A stretch of 64,000 bases of DNA. Source: an uncultured Acidimicrobiaceae bacterium. Lineage in GTDB: Bacteria > Actinomycetota > Acidimicrobiia > Spongiisociales > SHLN01. The notes beneath the pieces were generated by a model. The model was not told the DNA's origin. It saw only the letters and a program-made list of their open reading frames with translations, and made no database searches. Below are positions 27,488 through 39,382 of the stretch, one piece after another (position 1 is the first letter of the stretch; every line of letters begins with the position of its first letter). Both the position numbers and the translations under genes were made by a program. Location of the stretch: the NCBI GenBank assembly GCA_947259275.1, contig CAMYMH010000011.1, positions 481 through 64,480 on the forward strand. Direction: 5' to 3'.

Positions 27488-28678
27488 CTACGGTGTGGCG
27501 TGCGACTTGCACTTCGCAACCGTGTCGACCTCGCCGATCGCCGAACCCTCGCCGTACACGGTGGTCGCAAAAGTCGACTCGACCGCACAGTAGAACCGAT
27601 CCGGATCGGCCGCGGTGATCAGGAGGCCCTCGGTCGGAGTGCCCTGGTAAACCAGAGTTCCGAAGGTGATCTCCTCGCTCGGAACCAGAACGAGATCGGC
27701 GTCGAGCTCTGCCAGAACCCGGGGCGCAAACGAAAAGGTGGTCCGGGCCACGTAGATGCTTCGCACTGCGAACAGGCCGCGCTCGAGTGTTTCGCGAGCT
27801 GCCGCTACTGCCCGATCAGTCGCCACCTCACCGAACCGCCGGCACGGATCGGAGTTGTTGAACCACTTGGATCCTCGCTTGACCAGTGGCCAGGCGGTGT
27901 CCGAGACCGGGCCAAACGACACGACCGCGGTGGCCCTCTCCCCGACAACCGAAATGTGCTCGAGTTCGAATTCGTCGTCGTTGGCGGCGAGAGCAACGCC
28001 GTCCGGCCACACCGCATGCAACTCCGCGAGCGAGCACGAGGTCTGTTGATCGAAGGTGGCGTGAGCGGCCGCACCATCGCCACCGGCAACCGCGCCCGCC
28101 AATGCCCGGAGGAGTGCCGAGATGGCTGCCTCGTCGGATCCGGTGGGCGAAAACACGTCCCCCCAGCCGCCCGCCTGCAGCCCATCGGTACAAGATTCCA
28201 ACGCCTGCTCGAAACTGTCCCCCACTCCGTGGTCTTCTCCCGCGTCGGTCACGTCGATGCAAAACCAGCGCCCGCTGGCGCTTTGTCGATGCAGCGTGAG
28301 CCGCTGATCATGGGAGTCATAGGCCACCGCGTCGTGGAGGGCTGCCTGCTCGAGAGCAACGACATTGACGCCGGCGGCCAGCTCGGAGACGGTCCCGAGG
28401 TCTGCGTCATAGGTGCCCCGCTCGGCGAAGATCTCCTCGGCAGCCGCCAACACGGCTCGTACCTGCGTCCGCGCCAGCTGGTCGGCCTCGGTGGGGCTCA
28501 GTGAAGGCTGGCTGGTGGTGGTAGTGGCCGGTTCGGGCGCGGCCGTTTCGGCTGCAGGCAGGAGAGCCCGGGTGACCTCTGAGCCGGCCCCATCGCTGGC
28601 GTCGGCACAGGCCGACAAGACGAGCACGAGTGACACGAGGGCAGCGGGGATGCGAAGCGGCGCCATGGACCTTGCCAT
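27488..28678 (-). CDS. Hypothetical multidomain lipoprotein (pilin-head-like / NTF2-like / pilin-head-like)
   Basis: Lipobox 'LVLSAC', 'QSASGRWFC', 'KWFNNSDPC'; paralogous to 10511-11995. Confidence 0.75.
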   Translation of the reverse strand: MARSMAPLRIPAALVSLVLVLSACADASDGAGSEVTRALLPAAETAAPEPATTTTSQPSLSPTEADQLARTQVRAVLAAAEEIFAERGTYDADLGTVSELAAGVNVVALEQAALHDAVAYDSHDQRLTLHRQSASGRWFCIDVTDAGEDHGVGDSFEQALESCTDGLQAGGWGDVFSPTGSDEAAISALLRALAGAVAGGDGAAAHATFDQQTSCSLAELHAVWPDGVALAANDDEFELEHISVVGERATAVVSFGPVSDTAWPLVKRGSKWFNNSDPCRRFGEVATDRAVAAARETLERGLFAVRSIYVARTTFSFAPRVLAELDADLVLVPSEEITFGTLVYQGTPTEGLLITAADPDRFYCAVESTFATTVYGEGSAIGEVDTVAKCKSHATP

Positions 28679-28699
28679 CGACCCGGCGGGGACCTGTCT

Positions 28700-29494
28700 T
28701 CAGCGGTTTTCGGGCCAGCCTTTCGGCAGCGCGGAGCCCACGACGCCGCGTAGTTCCTCCTGCAGAGCAGGAGCTCCGGCCACATACAACGAGTCGAAGA
28801 CGGTGCTCGGTGTCCCGAGGTGATTGGTCACGATTCCTCCCGCCTCCTGCACCAGCACCATGGCGGCCGCAATGTCCCAGGGTCCGAGGCCGAACTCCCA
28901 GTAGCCGTCCAGGCGACCGGATGCCACCCAAGCGAGGTCGAGGGCGGCGGACCCGAAGCGGCGAATGCCTCGGACGCGCTCGAGCACGGTCCCCACGATG
29001 GCCGCGTAGGCGGCGCCACGGTCCCGGCGGTCGTAAGGGAATCCGGTGGCGATCACGCCTTCGCCGAGAGGACGGTCCGATACCGATATTGAATGCCCAT
29101 TCAAGGTGGCACCCGACCCGGCCTGGGCGACGAACTCCTCATGGCGGATGGGGTCGATGACAACGCCGATCCGCGGTTGGCCGTCTTCGTAGAGAGCGAC
29201 CGCCACCGCCACCTGGGGGATTCCGTGGAGGAAATTGACGGTCCCGTCGAGGGGATCAACTATCCAATGCCGTCCACGCAGGTCGCGGGAGCCTCCGCCC
29301 TCCTCGGCGAGAACCGCGTCGCGCGGGCGTTGGGCTCCGAGCAGTCCGAGGACGGCCCTTTCCGATTGATGGTCGATCTCGGTGACCGGATCGACCACTC
29401 CCTTGAACTCAGCCGTCTGAATGTTCCCGAATGAATCGGCGATGATGTCGGCGCCCGCTCGGGCCGCAGTGAGTGCCACGTCGAGATCATCCAT
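28700..29494 (-). CDS. Inositol monophosphatase family protein (SuhB-like)
   Basis: 'WIVDPLDGTVNF', 'RRFGSAALDL', 'WDIAA'. Confidence 0.94.
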   Translation of the reverse strand: MDDLDVALTAARAGADIIADSFGNIQTAEFKGVVDPVTEIDHQSERAVLGLLGAQRPRDAVLAEEGGGSRDLRGRHWIVDPLDGTVNFLHGIPQVAVAVALYEDGQPRIGVVIDPIRHEEFVAQAGSGATLNGHSISVSDRPLGEGVIATGFPYDRRDRGAAYAAIVGTVLERVRGIRRFGSAALDLAWVASGRLDGYWEFGLGPWDIAAAMVLVQEAGGIVTNHLGTPSTVFDSLYVAGAPALQEELRGVVGSALPKGWPENR

Positions 29495-29544
29495 AGGCGA
29501 ACCCTAGATCGGCATCTCGAGTCCCCGGGGCCCGTTTCAGAGGT

Positions 29545-29572
29545 GCGGTCGGCGGTGGGCGGTGGGCGGTGG
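29545..29572. repeat. Heptamer array (GCGGTGG)x4
   Basis: gcggtcg gcggtgg x3, just upstream of lnt. Confidence 0.88.
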
Positions 29573-29591
29573 GCTGAGTACTCTCTCACCG

Positions 29592-31091
29592 ATGCTGATA
29601 GAGCTCGCGCCGTTGCTCTCCGCCTTCCTCATGTGGGCAGCCTTCCCCCCACTTGGCTGGGGAGTGCTGGCCGTGGTTGCCCCCACCCCGCTGCTGGCGG
29701 CGCTGCGGCGGGTCGAGACTCGCCGGGGAGCCGCCGCCATCGGGTTCGCCTATGGGGTGGCCTTCTATTCGATGCTGCTGTTCTGGGTGAAAGCGACCGG
29801 CTACCTGTCCGTCATCGCCCTGGTTCTACTTCTGTCCGCATATTCCACCCTCTACGCGCTGGTGGTTTTCCGGGCCCGCCGCTGGGGCAGCACTGCCTGG
29901 TGGCTTACCGCTATCGGCGCCTGGGCCCTGATCGAGTTGGTGCGGCTTCATGTTCCCTTCGGGGGCTTCTCGTGGGGGCTGCTCGGCTATCCGGCGGGAG
30001 AGTACGACTGGACCCGTGGCGCAACCCAGCTGATCGGGACCACCGGCTGGTCGGTCGGGTTCGTGTCCATCGCCGCCGGGCTGGCGCTTTTCGTCACCGA
30101 CCGGCGCCGACCGGCCCGCTGGCTGGTGCTCTCACTGGCGGTGGTGACCGTGCTTTCGATTGCCGGCGCGGTGGCACCCCCGAGTGCCGATGGCGAGGCG
30201 GTGCGGGTCGCCATCATTCAGGGGAACAGTCCGTGTCCGGGCGAGCATTGTCCTGCCGAGAACGTTCAGATCTTCGATTCCCACCTCGAGCTCACCCGAA
30301 CGCTTACCCCGGGACAGGCCCGGCTGGTGGTTTGGCCGGAGAGCTCGGCCGGGAGCTCGGTCGAGCTGGCGACGCATCCCGATCGTCTCGCCCAGGTGGC
30401 TGCGGAGGCTCGGCGGCTCGATGCCTGGTTCCTGGTTGGTTCGCAGCGCACACTGGATGACGAATCGTTCACCAACCTCAACCTCGTCCTCGACTCCGAG
30501 GGCGAGATCGTCGGCGAGTATAGGAAGAAGCACCCGGTCCCGTTCGGTGAGTACGTTCCGCTTCGGCCCCTGTTCGATTGGATCCCGGCGCTCGACCAGG
30601 TGCCTAGAGACCTGGTCCGTGGGACGGAGGACACAGTCTTCGAGCTTCCGCAGGGAACGCTTGGATCAATCATTTCATTCGAGGGGGCTTTCCCCCGGTC
30701 CACCCGTCCGCTGGTCGAGGCGGGCGCCGGGCTACTGGTGGTTGCGACCAACAAGGCCAGCTTCGGTGATTCGCCGGTGTCCGATCAATTCATCGCTATG
30801 ACCCGCATGCGAGCGGCCGAGCTCGGCACGCCGGTGGTGCACGCAGCTATCACCGGGCGTTCGGCGTTCATCGGCGCAGATGGAGAGGTCGAATCGCGCA
30901 CCGAGGCCTTCGAGGCCGACATCCTGCTCGGCACCGCCAATTATCGGACCTCAGGCCTCACACCCTACGCCCGCTTCGGTGACTGGCTCCAGTATCTGGC
31001 CATCGCCGCAGGGGGGGCGGTGGTGACCGCGGAGTGGCTGCAGAGGCGGCGGGATAGATCCGCGGCTTCCGAAACCGAGGTGGACGCCTAG
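29592..31091 (+). CDS. lnt: Apolipoprotein N-acyltransferase
   Basis: 'PFGGFSW', 'IIQGN', 'VVWPES', 'KKHPVPFGEYVP', 'ISFE', 'RMRAAELG'. Confidence 0.94.
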   Translation: MLIELAPLLSAFLMWAAFPPLGWGVLAVVAPTPLLAALRRVETRRGAAAIGFAYGVAFYSMLLFWVKATGYLSVIALVLLLSAYSTLYALVVFRARRWGSTAWWLTAIGAWALIELVRLHVPFGGFSWGLLGYPAGEYDWTRGATQLIGTTGWSVGFVSIAAGLALFVTDRRRPARWLVLSLAVVTVLSIAGAVAPPSADGEAVRVAIIQGNSPCPGEHCPAENVQIFDSHLELTRTLTPGQARLVVWPESSAGSSVELATHPDRLAQVAAEARRLDAWFLVGSQRTLDDESFTNLNLVLDSEGEIVGEYRKKHPVPFGEYVPLRPLFDWIPALDQVPRDLVRGTEDTVFELPQGTLGSIISFEGAFPRSTRPLVEAGAGLLVVATNKASFGDSPVSDQFIAMTRMRAAELGTPVVHAAITGRSAFIGADGEVESRTEAFEADILLGTANYRTSGLTPYARFGDWLQYLAIAAGGAVVTAEWLQRRRDRSAASETEVDA

Positions 31092-31127
31092 CCGGACGAA
31101 TTGTCCGAGACCGACATCAAGCCTCTG

Positions 31128-32399
31128 CTAGCGGCTCTCCCAGGCGCCGACGGCATCGTCGATGAGCGCTACCCCGCGGTCGAGATCATCGGCCGAGATC
31201 ACCAGCGGTGGGATGAAGCGGATGATGTTGTGATCGGGCCCACAAGGGTGGAAGATGAGGCCGGTTTCCAACAGGTGGGAGCGCACGAACTCGAGTGCGT
31301 TGGCGTCGGGAAGTCCTTCGCCGTTTACCAGTTCCACCCCAATCATCAGGCCGAGGCCGCGCACGTCTCCCACGGTGGGATGTTTTGCCTGCACGCCTCG
31401 GAGAGCAGCGAAGGCCTGCTCTGACAGCGCGGGAACCGATGGCAAGGCCTGATTCACCACATTGACCACCTCAACCGCCGCCGCACACGCGACTGCGTTG
31501 CCGCCGAAGGTGGTGCCGTGAACCCCCGGCGGCCACTTGCCAAACAGATCCTTGGAGGACCCGACCGCCGATAGCGGGAGGCCGTTGGCGATTGCCTTGC
31601 CGATCGCGATGATGTCCGGCCGGAGGTCGTAGTGATCGACGCCCCACCAGGCGCCGGTTCTCCCGAAGCCGGTTTGGACCTCGTCGGCGATGATGAGGAT
31701 TCCGTGCCGGTCGGCGACGTCGCGAAGCTCGTCCAGGAACGCGGCCGGTGCCGGGTAGTAGCCACCTTCGCCCTGGACCGGCTCAATCAGGAAGCAGGCG
31801 ATGTCCCCGGGTGCGACGACGTGTCGCAAGGTTTCCCGGAGCTCATGGAGTGCCCGGCTCGTGGACTCCTCCTCGCTGAGGCCCTCGCGAAACGGATGGG
31901 GGAACGGCGCCACAAATACCGACGGAAGCAACGGGTGGTAGCCGGTGCGGTACTTCACGGAGGAAGTCGTGTAGGAAACCGACCCCATCGTCCGTCCGTG
32001 GAAACCTCCGCGGAACACCACCACCCCCTGGCGACCGGTGGTGTGACGGGCCAGCTTGACGGCTGCTTCCACGGCCTCGGCGCCCGAGTTCATGAAGAAG
32101 AACATGTCGATTGGCTCAGGAGCCACCGACACCAGCTGCTCGGCGGCGCTGACATAGGAGTCGTACCGGAATGTGCCCCCGCCGTGCCACACCCGGTCGA
32201 TCTGCTCGTGGGCGGCGGCGACGATGCGGGGATGGTTGTGTCCGCAGTTGGTCACCGAAATGCCGGTGCCGAAGTCGAGATACTGCTTTCCGGTCGCGTC
32301 GGTCAGCCAAGCGCCCCGAGCTTCGACCATCTCGAGGCCGTTGTCGAAGCCGATCACCGGTGCGACGACGTCGACGAAGCGGTCGATGAATTCGCTCAC
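31128..32399 (-). CDS. Class III aminotransferase (GabT-like)
   Basis: 'NSGAEAVEAA', 'FHGRT', 'EPVQGEGG', 'DEVQTGFGRTG', 'GKAIANG'; GTG start overlaps the upstream stop. Confidence 0.94.
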   Translation of the reverse strand: MSEFIDRFVDVVAPVIGFDNGLEMVEARGAWLTDATGKQYLDFGTGISVTNCGHNHPRIVAAAHEQIDRVWHGGGTFRYDSYVSAAEQLVSVAPEPIDMFFFMNSGAEAVEAAVKLARHTTGRQGVVVFRGGFHGRTMGSVSYTTSSVKYRTGYHPLLPSVFVAPFPHPFREGLSEEESTSRALHELRETLRHVVAPGDIACFLIEPVQGEGGYYPAPAAFLDELRDVADRHGILIIADEVQTGFGRTGAWWGVDHYDLRPDIIAIGKAIANGLPLSAVGSSKDLFGKWPPGVHGTTFGGNAVACAAAVEVVNVVNQALPSVPALSEQAFAALRGVQAKHPTVGDVRGLGLMIGVELVNGEGLPDANALEFVRSHLLETGLIFHPCGPDHNIIRFIPPLVISADDLDRGVALIDDAVGAWESR

Positions 32400-32593
32400 G
32401 CCAGTGCTGCTTCCCACTCCGATTGTGGCATCTCCTCGGCTTCCTCCACCAGCATGACGGGGATACCGTCACGGATCGGATACCGAAGCCGGGTTGCTGG
32501 ATCGGTTGACACGAGCCAGTCTCCAACCTCACGCAGCGGCGCGTGGCTGACCGGGCACACCATGATGCTCAGGAGCTGAGGGTCAATCGCCAT
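32396..32593 (-). CDS. Trm112 family protein
   Basis: 'LLSIMVCPV...PL', 'YPIRDGIPVMLVEEA'. Confidence 0.93.
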   Translation of the reverse strand: MAIDPQLLSIMVCPVSHAPLREVGDWLVSTDPATRLRYPIRDGIPVMLVEEAEEMPQSEWEAALA

Positions 32594-32631
32594 GCTGGGA
32601 GGCTAACTGATGATGGAGGCCTTCGGCCTCC

Positions 32632-32776
32632 AGTCCCAAGTCCCAAGTCCAGAGTCCCAAGTCCCAAGCCAGAACGCGTGATCCTCGCTTGGGTCTTGGG
32701 TCTTGGGTCTTGGGTCTTGGGTCTTGGGTCTTGGGTCTTGGGTCTTGGGTCTTGGGTCTTGGGTCTTGGGTCTTGG
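32632..32776. repeat. Inward-facing pair of heptamer arrays (AGTCCCA)x5 ... (CTTGGGT)x12
   Basis: Left array 32632-32666, right array 32688-32771 plus a partial unit abutting the purB stop; the right array is the reverse complement of the 7717 array. Confidence 0.97.
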
Positions 32777-35379
<2,603 letters not shown>

Positions 35380-35440
35380 TTACGACCATCGGCGTGACTA
35401 TCGTTGCCGGGATTTCCTAACTGTTCGAGGACCCAGACCC

Positions 35441-35959
35441 GTGGAAGAAACCACCCGGAGGGCGACGCAGCGCCCGGTAGCCACCGTAGCCGTGCTCGCC
35501 GCTACCCCTGAAGCCGGCATCCTCACTGAAGTCATGCACTTCGACACGGCGGCTGCCAACGAGTTTCTAGATCTGACCGAAGATGTTCGTGAACATGTCG
35601 AGCGCTCGGGGATTCGACACGGCCAGGTGACGGTGTTGAGCCCGCATACGACCACCGCAGTTGCGATCAACGAATCCGAAACTGGCTTCCTGAATGACTT
35701 CCGTCGCGCCGTCGGCGAGATGGTCCCGGTGGAGGGTTACTACGAGCACGACGACCACGAGGTACGCACCGAGAACCTCCAGGAAGACGAGTACATCAAT
35801 GGCCATGCCCATGTTCGCCAGATGCTCGTCGGTGCCACCACGCTGACGGTTCCGATAGTCGAAGGCGAGCTCGTGCTCGGCCAGTGGCAGCGGATCCTGT
35901 TCCTCGAGCTCGACCAGCCTCGGGCGCGTCGAACCGTGTTGCACACGCAGGGCGCCTAG
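35441..35959 (+). CDS. yjbQ: YjbQ/UPF0047 family protein (copy 1)
   Basis: 'PHTTTAVAINE', 'NGHAH', 'LGQWQRILFLELD'. Confidence 0.9.
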   Translation: MEETTRRATQRPVATVAVLAATPEAGILTEVMHFDTAAANEFLDLTEDVREHVERSGIRHGQVTVLSPHTTTAVAINESETGFLNDFRRAVGEMVPVEGYYEHDDHEVRTENLQEDEYINGHAHVRQMLVGATTLTVPIVEGELVLGQWQRILFLELDQPRARRTVLHTQGA

Positions 35960-36225
35960 CCCGGGTTCCCGAATTGAGTTCAGTCGTCTGAAGCTGCCGC
36001 CCATCGCCTGCTTCTACCGATGGGATTGGCGGTCTGACGTGGGTGACTTGGCGACCGACGACCTCGCCGCCCCAACCCTGGCATCACTTTCAGCGCGATG
36101 GGTCGCGCAGAGAGTAGTTTCAGTTGCCGCCATCGTCGAAAGCCGATTATGTTGGACGCCATGAATGGGGGGCTGCCCCCTTTTCCCATACATGTGAATC
36201 GGATCACAAAGGCTGGAGGAGATTT

Positions 36226-37356
36226 ATGGTTAGACGATTGTTCGTACTCCTGGTAGCACTCGCTCTCGTGGCGGCTGCTTGTGGAGACGACAGCACGAGT
36301 GACACTACCGAGCCGGGCGCCGCCACCACGACGACGGCCGGCGGTGGCGGCGGCGCAACTGCCACAACTACCGGCGGCGACGGTGGGCAGGGTGGCGGCA
36401 CCCTGGCTGAAGTCAGGGCACGCGGCGTGCTCAACTGTGGAGTGAGTGAGGGTGCTGCCGGGTTCACCAACATCGATGGCAGCGATTTCTCAGGAATCGA
36501 CGTCGACTACTGCCGGGCAGTGGCCGCCGCCATCTTTGGTGACTCAAACAAGGTCGAGTTCTTCCCGGTGAGCTCGCAGGTTCGTTTCGACAACCTGAAG
36601 GCCGGTCAGTACGACGTGCTCTTCCGTAACACGACCTGGACCGCCAGCCGTGACACGGACGTGGGCATGAACTTCGGTCCGACCACCTACTTCGACGGCC
36701 AGGGCGTCATGGGCCCGATTTCCAAGGGCTTCAGCGCCGATTCCGAGCCGGAAGACGTAGACGGCTTGCTGCTGTGCACCAGTGCCGGAACCACGAGTGA
36801 GAAGAATGTGGCCGAATGGGCCTCGCTGGGTGGGGCGACCATCCGACTCGAGACCCTCGAGACCAACGAGGACGTGTATACCGCCTTCATCGACGGTAGC
36901 TGCGACATGGTCACGACCGACGCCTCCAACCTGGTTGGCGAGCGGTTCACCCGTGGATTCCTCGACGAGTGGGTCATCTTCCCGCCGACCAACATCTCCA
37001 AGGAGCCCCTCGGTCCTGCCTACCGTGAGGGCGACGACGAGTGGGCGGACATCATCGACTGGACGGTGTTCGTCACCTTCATCGCTGCCGAGAAGGGCGT
37101 GACATCGGCCACCATCGATGCTGCGATCGCAGCGGGTGATGATCCGGAGTTGCTGCGGATTGCTGGCTTGGAGAGTTCCGAGATCGTTGCCGACCTCGGA
37201 ATCGCGACCGATGGCTTCTTGCAGGTCATCAAGCAGATCGGGAACTACAACGAGATCTATGAGCGCAACCTGGCGCCGCTTGGTCTCGTTCAGGCAGGTT
37301 CCTTGAACGCACTGTTCACCGAAGGTGGGCTGATCTACGCCCCTCCATTCCGGTAA
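36226..37356 (+). CDS. Amino acid ABC transporter substrate-binding lipoprotein (AapJ/BztA-like)
   Basis: Lipobox 'VAAAC', 'RGVLNCGV', 'DVDYCRAVAAA', 'TTWTASRD', 'SKEPLGP', 'GNYNEIYERN'; RBS GGAGGA. Confidence 0.95.
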   Translation: MVRRLFVLLVALALVAAACGDDSTSDTTEPGAATTTTAGGGGGATATTTGGDGGQGGGTLAEVRARGVLNCGVSEGAAGFTNIDGSDFSGIDVDYCRAVAAAIFGDSNKVEFFPVSSQVRFDNLKAGQYDVLFRNTTWTASRDTDVGMNFGPTTYFDGQGVMGPISKGFSADSEPEDVDGLLLCTSAGTTSEKNVAEWASLGGATIRLETLETNEDVYTAFIDGSCDMVTTDASNLVGERFTRGFLDEWVIFPPTNISKEPLGPAYREGDDEWADIIDWTVFVTFIAAEKGVTSATIDAAIAAGDDPELLRIAGLESSEIVADLGIATDGFLQVIKQIGNYNEIYERNLAPLGLVQAGSLNALFTEGGLIYAPPFR

Positions 37357-37377
37357 ACCGACCCGATAACTAGTGAG

Positions 37378-37411
37378 AAAGAGGGGCGCCCGAGCGGCGC
37401 CCCTCTTTTTC
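37378..37411 (+). terminator. Intrinsic terminator / stem-loop after aapJ-like gene
   Basis: AAAGAGGGGCGCC-cgagc-GGCGCCCCTCTTTTT. Confidence 0.8.
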
Positions 37412-37441
37412 GTTTAGAGTCAACCGCCAGTCGGGTGGCCG

Positions 37442-39382
37442 ATGGTGCCCCCGACCGGGTTGAAAGGGAGGCAGCGGAACTTGGCCGTAATCGTTCGCAA
37501 GCAGGAACGCCCGCCGTTCTGGCGGAATGCCACCATTCTGAAATGGGCGGCGCAGCTTTCATTCCTGTTTGGGTTCATAGCCATCGCCGCGGTCGTCATT
37601 CCGCAGGTTCAGGACAATCTCGAGGGACAGAACCTCACCTTCGGATGGGATTGGCTGCGGGGCCGCCTCGGCTTTCTCATTCGAGAGGGCATCGACACTG
37701 ATCCCGATACCGGCGCCCGCACCATCCTGACCGGAGCCGTCAACACGTTGCGGGTGACCATTTCGGGCGTCATTGCCGCCACCCTCCTCGGAACGATCAT
37801 CGGCATCGGCCGCCTCTCGAGCAACTGGCTCGTCAACAGGCTCGCGTCCCTATACATCGAGACGATCCGCAACATCCCCCTCCTGCTGTGGATGTTCTTC
37901 TGGATCGCCGTGGTCGCTTTCTTCAACATCATCGACCCGACCCTCGAAGGCAGCGTCGAGGCGGGAAGCTACTTCCTGACCTTCACCCGCAAAGGCATCG
38001 GTTCCGCCTGGATCCAGCCCTGGGGCGGCTTCTATCAGTGGGCCATCTGGCTCCTGATTGGTGCCGTGGCGGGGTATTTCGTTCACAAGCGCCAGTTCCG
38101 GATCAAGGAAACGACCGGCCAGGAGACGTACCCCAACCTCTCAGCACTTGGCGTCCTGCTCGTCTTCGCAGTCATCGGCTGGTTCGCCCACCCGGTCTTC
38201 AGCTTTGTCGGCCACGGTGCCGAGTTCATCGCCACCATCATCGGCGCCATACCGACGATTGGGCTGCAGATCGCCCTGGCGGCTGCAGCGATCTTCCTCG
38301 GGTATTGGTGGATCAACCGCTTCCTGGATGAGCGGCGGACCCCGGCAGGGCTCGCCAAGCTGACCGACGACGATTGGTTCCGGATGATCACCGCCGCCCT
38401 GTTGGCGCTCGTATTCGCCGCCTTCTTCCTCATGTTCAGCGGACTGGCTCGGGGCGCCCTCGACGTGAGCGAGGACTTCTTCGGCCGGTGGCTGGCACCC
38501 AAGTTCGACTCGACCACCAACGTGGTCGACCTCCCGATCAGTGAGATCGAGGCACAGCTAGCGTCCGGGCTCCTGCTGGAGGACATCGCCGCCGAGCAAG
38601 AGCTGCTCCTCAACGCAGAGCTCTTGAACCTGTCCCGGGCGGACATCGACGCGGCTCTGGCCTCGGGTCTGACCGCGAGGCGGATCTACGAAGCCGAGAT
38701 CAACAACCCGGACGGGACTCGGAAGGATACGAATCCTTGGGGAGAACGGCTGGTATTCGTTCCGCCCAAGAAGCTCGTGGATGGTCTTACCGCCGGCGTG
38801 GCGGTTGAGATCGACGAGGCACTCGGCGACGGATTGATTACCCCCGCCGAGGCGGGCGCCGAACTGCAGAAGATCAAGGACCGGGCCAACGCTCCGCTCC
38901 GCTGGTCGAAGGCAGAGGTTTTCGCCCCGCGGGACGGCTTCCTCGATCTGTCGCCCACCAGTGGCATCGTAATCACGCGCGGCTTCTTTGCCGTGTGGAT
39001 CGCAGTCACTCTTTACACGGCGTCGTTCATCGCCGAGATCGTGCGGGCTGGAATCCTGGCGGTTTCCAAGGGCCAGACCGAAGCTGCCAGCTCGCTCGGG
39101 CTTTCCCGGTCACAATCCCTCCGGTTCATCGTGCTTCCCCAGGCCTTCCGGATCATCTTCCCGCCGCTGGGGAACCAGTACCTCAACTTGTTCAAGAACA
39201 CATCGCTTGGCCTGGCGGTGGCCTTCCCCGATATCGTCGCCGTCGGCCAGACCATCACCAACCAGACCGGCCAGACCGTCCCGGTGATCCTCATCTGGAT
39301 GGGTTTCTTCCTCGGGGGCAGCCTGATCCTCTCCTCGATCGTCAACTTCTATAACCGTCGCCTGCAGTTGGTGGAACGATGA
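37442..39382 (+). CDS. Amino acid ABC transporter permease (AapQ/BztB-like), unusually long
   Basis: 'RLSSNWL', 'RNIPLLL', 'FIAEIVRAGI.AVSKGQTEAA', 'NQTGQ'; the start may instead be the TTG at 37481. Confidence 0.92.
   Translation: MVPPTGLKGRQRNLAVIVRKQERPPFWRNATILKWAAQLSFLFGFIAIAAVVIPQVQDNLEGQNLTFGWDWLRGRLGFLIREGIDTDPDTGARTILTGAVNTLRVTISGVIAATLLGTIIGIGRLSSNWLVNRLASLYIETIRNIPLLLWMFFWIAVVAFFNIIDPTLEGSVEAGSYFLTFTRKGIGSAWIQPWGGFYQWAIWLLIGAVAGYFVHKRQFRIKETTGQETYPNLSALGVLLVFAVIGWFAHPVFSFVGHGAEFIATIIGAIPTIGLQIALAAAAIFLGYWWINRFLDERRTPAGLAKLTDDDWFRMITAALLALVFAAFFLMFSGLARGALDVSEDFFGRWLAPKFDSTTNVVDLPISEIEAQLASGLLLEDIAAEQELLLNAELLNLSRADIDAALASGLTARRIYEAEINNPDGTRKDTNPWGERLVFVPPKKLVDGLTAGVAVEIDEALGDGLITPAEAGAELQKIKDRANAPLRWSKAEVFAPRDGFLDLSPTSGIVITRGFFAVWIAVTLYTASFIAEIVRAGILAVSKGQTEAASSLGLSRSQSLRFIVLPQAFRIIFPPLGNQYLNLFKNTSLGLAVAFPDIVAVGQTITNQTGQTVPVILIWMGFFLGGSLILSSIVNFYNRRLQLVER

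Noticed and set aside
35960-36225. Possible riboswitch upstream of the amino-acid ABC transporter
   Set aside because: No glycine, SAM or lysine riboswitch or T-box consensus was recognisable by eye; an Rfam scan would be needed
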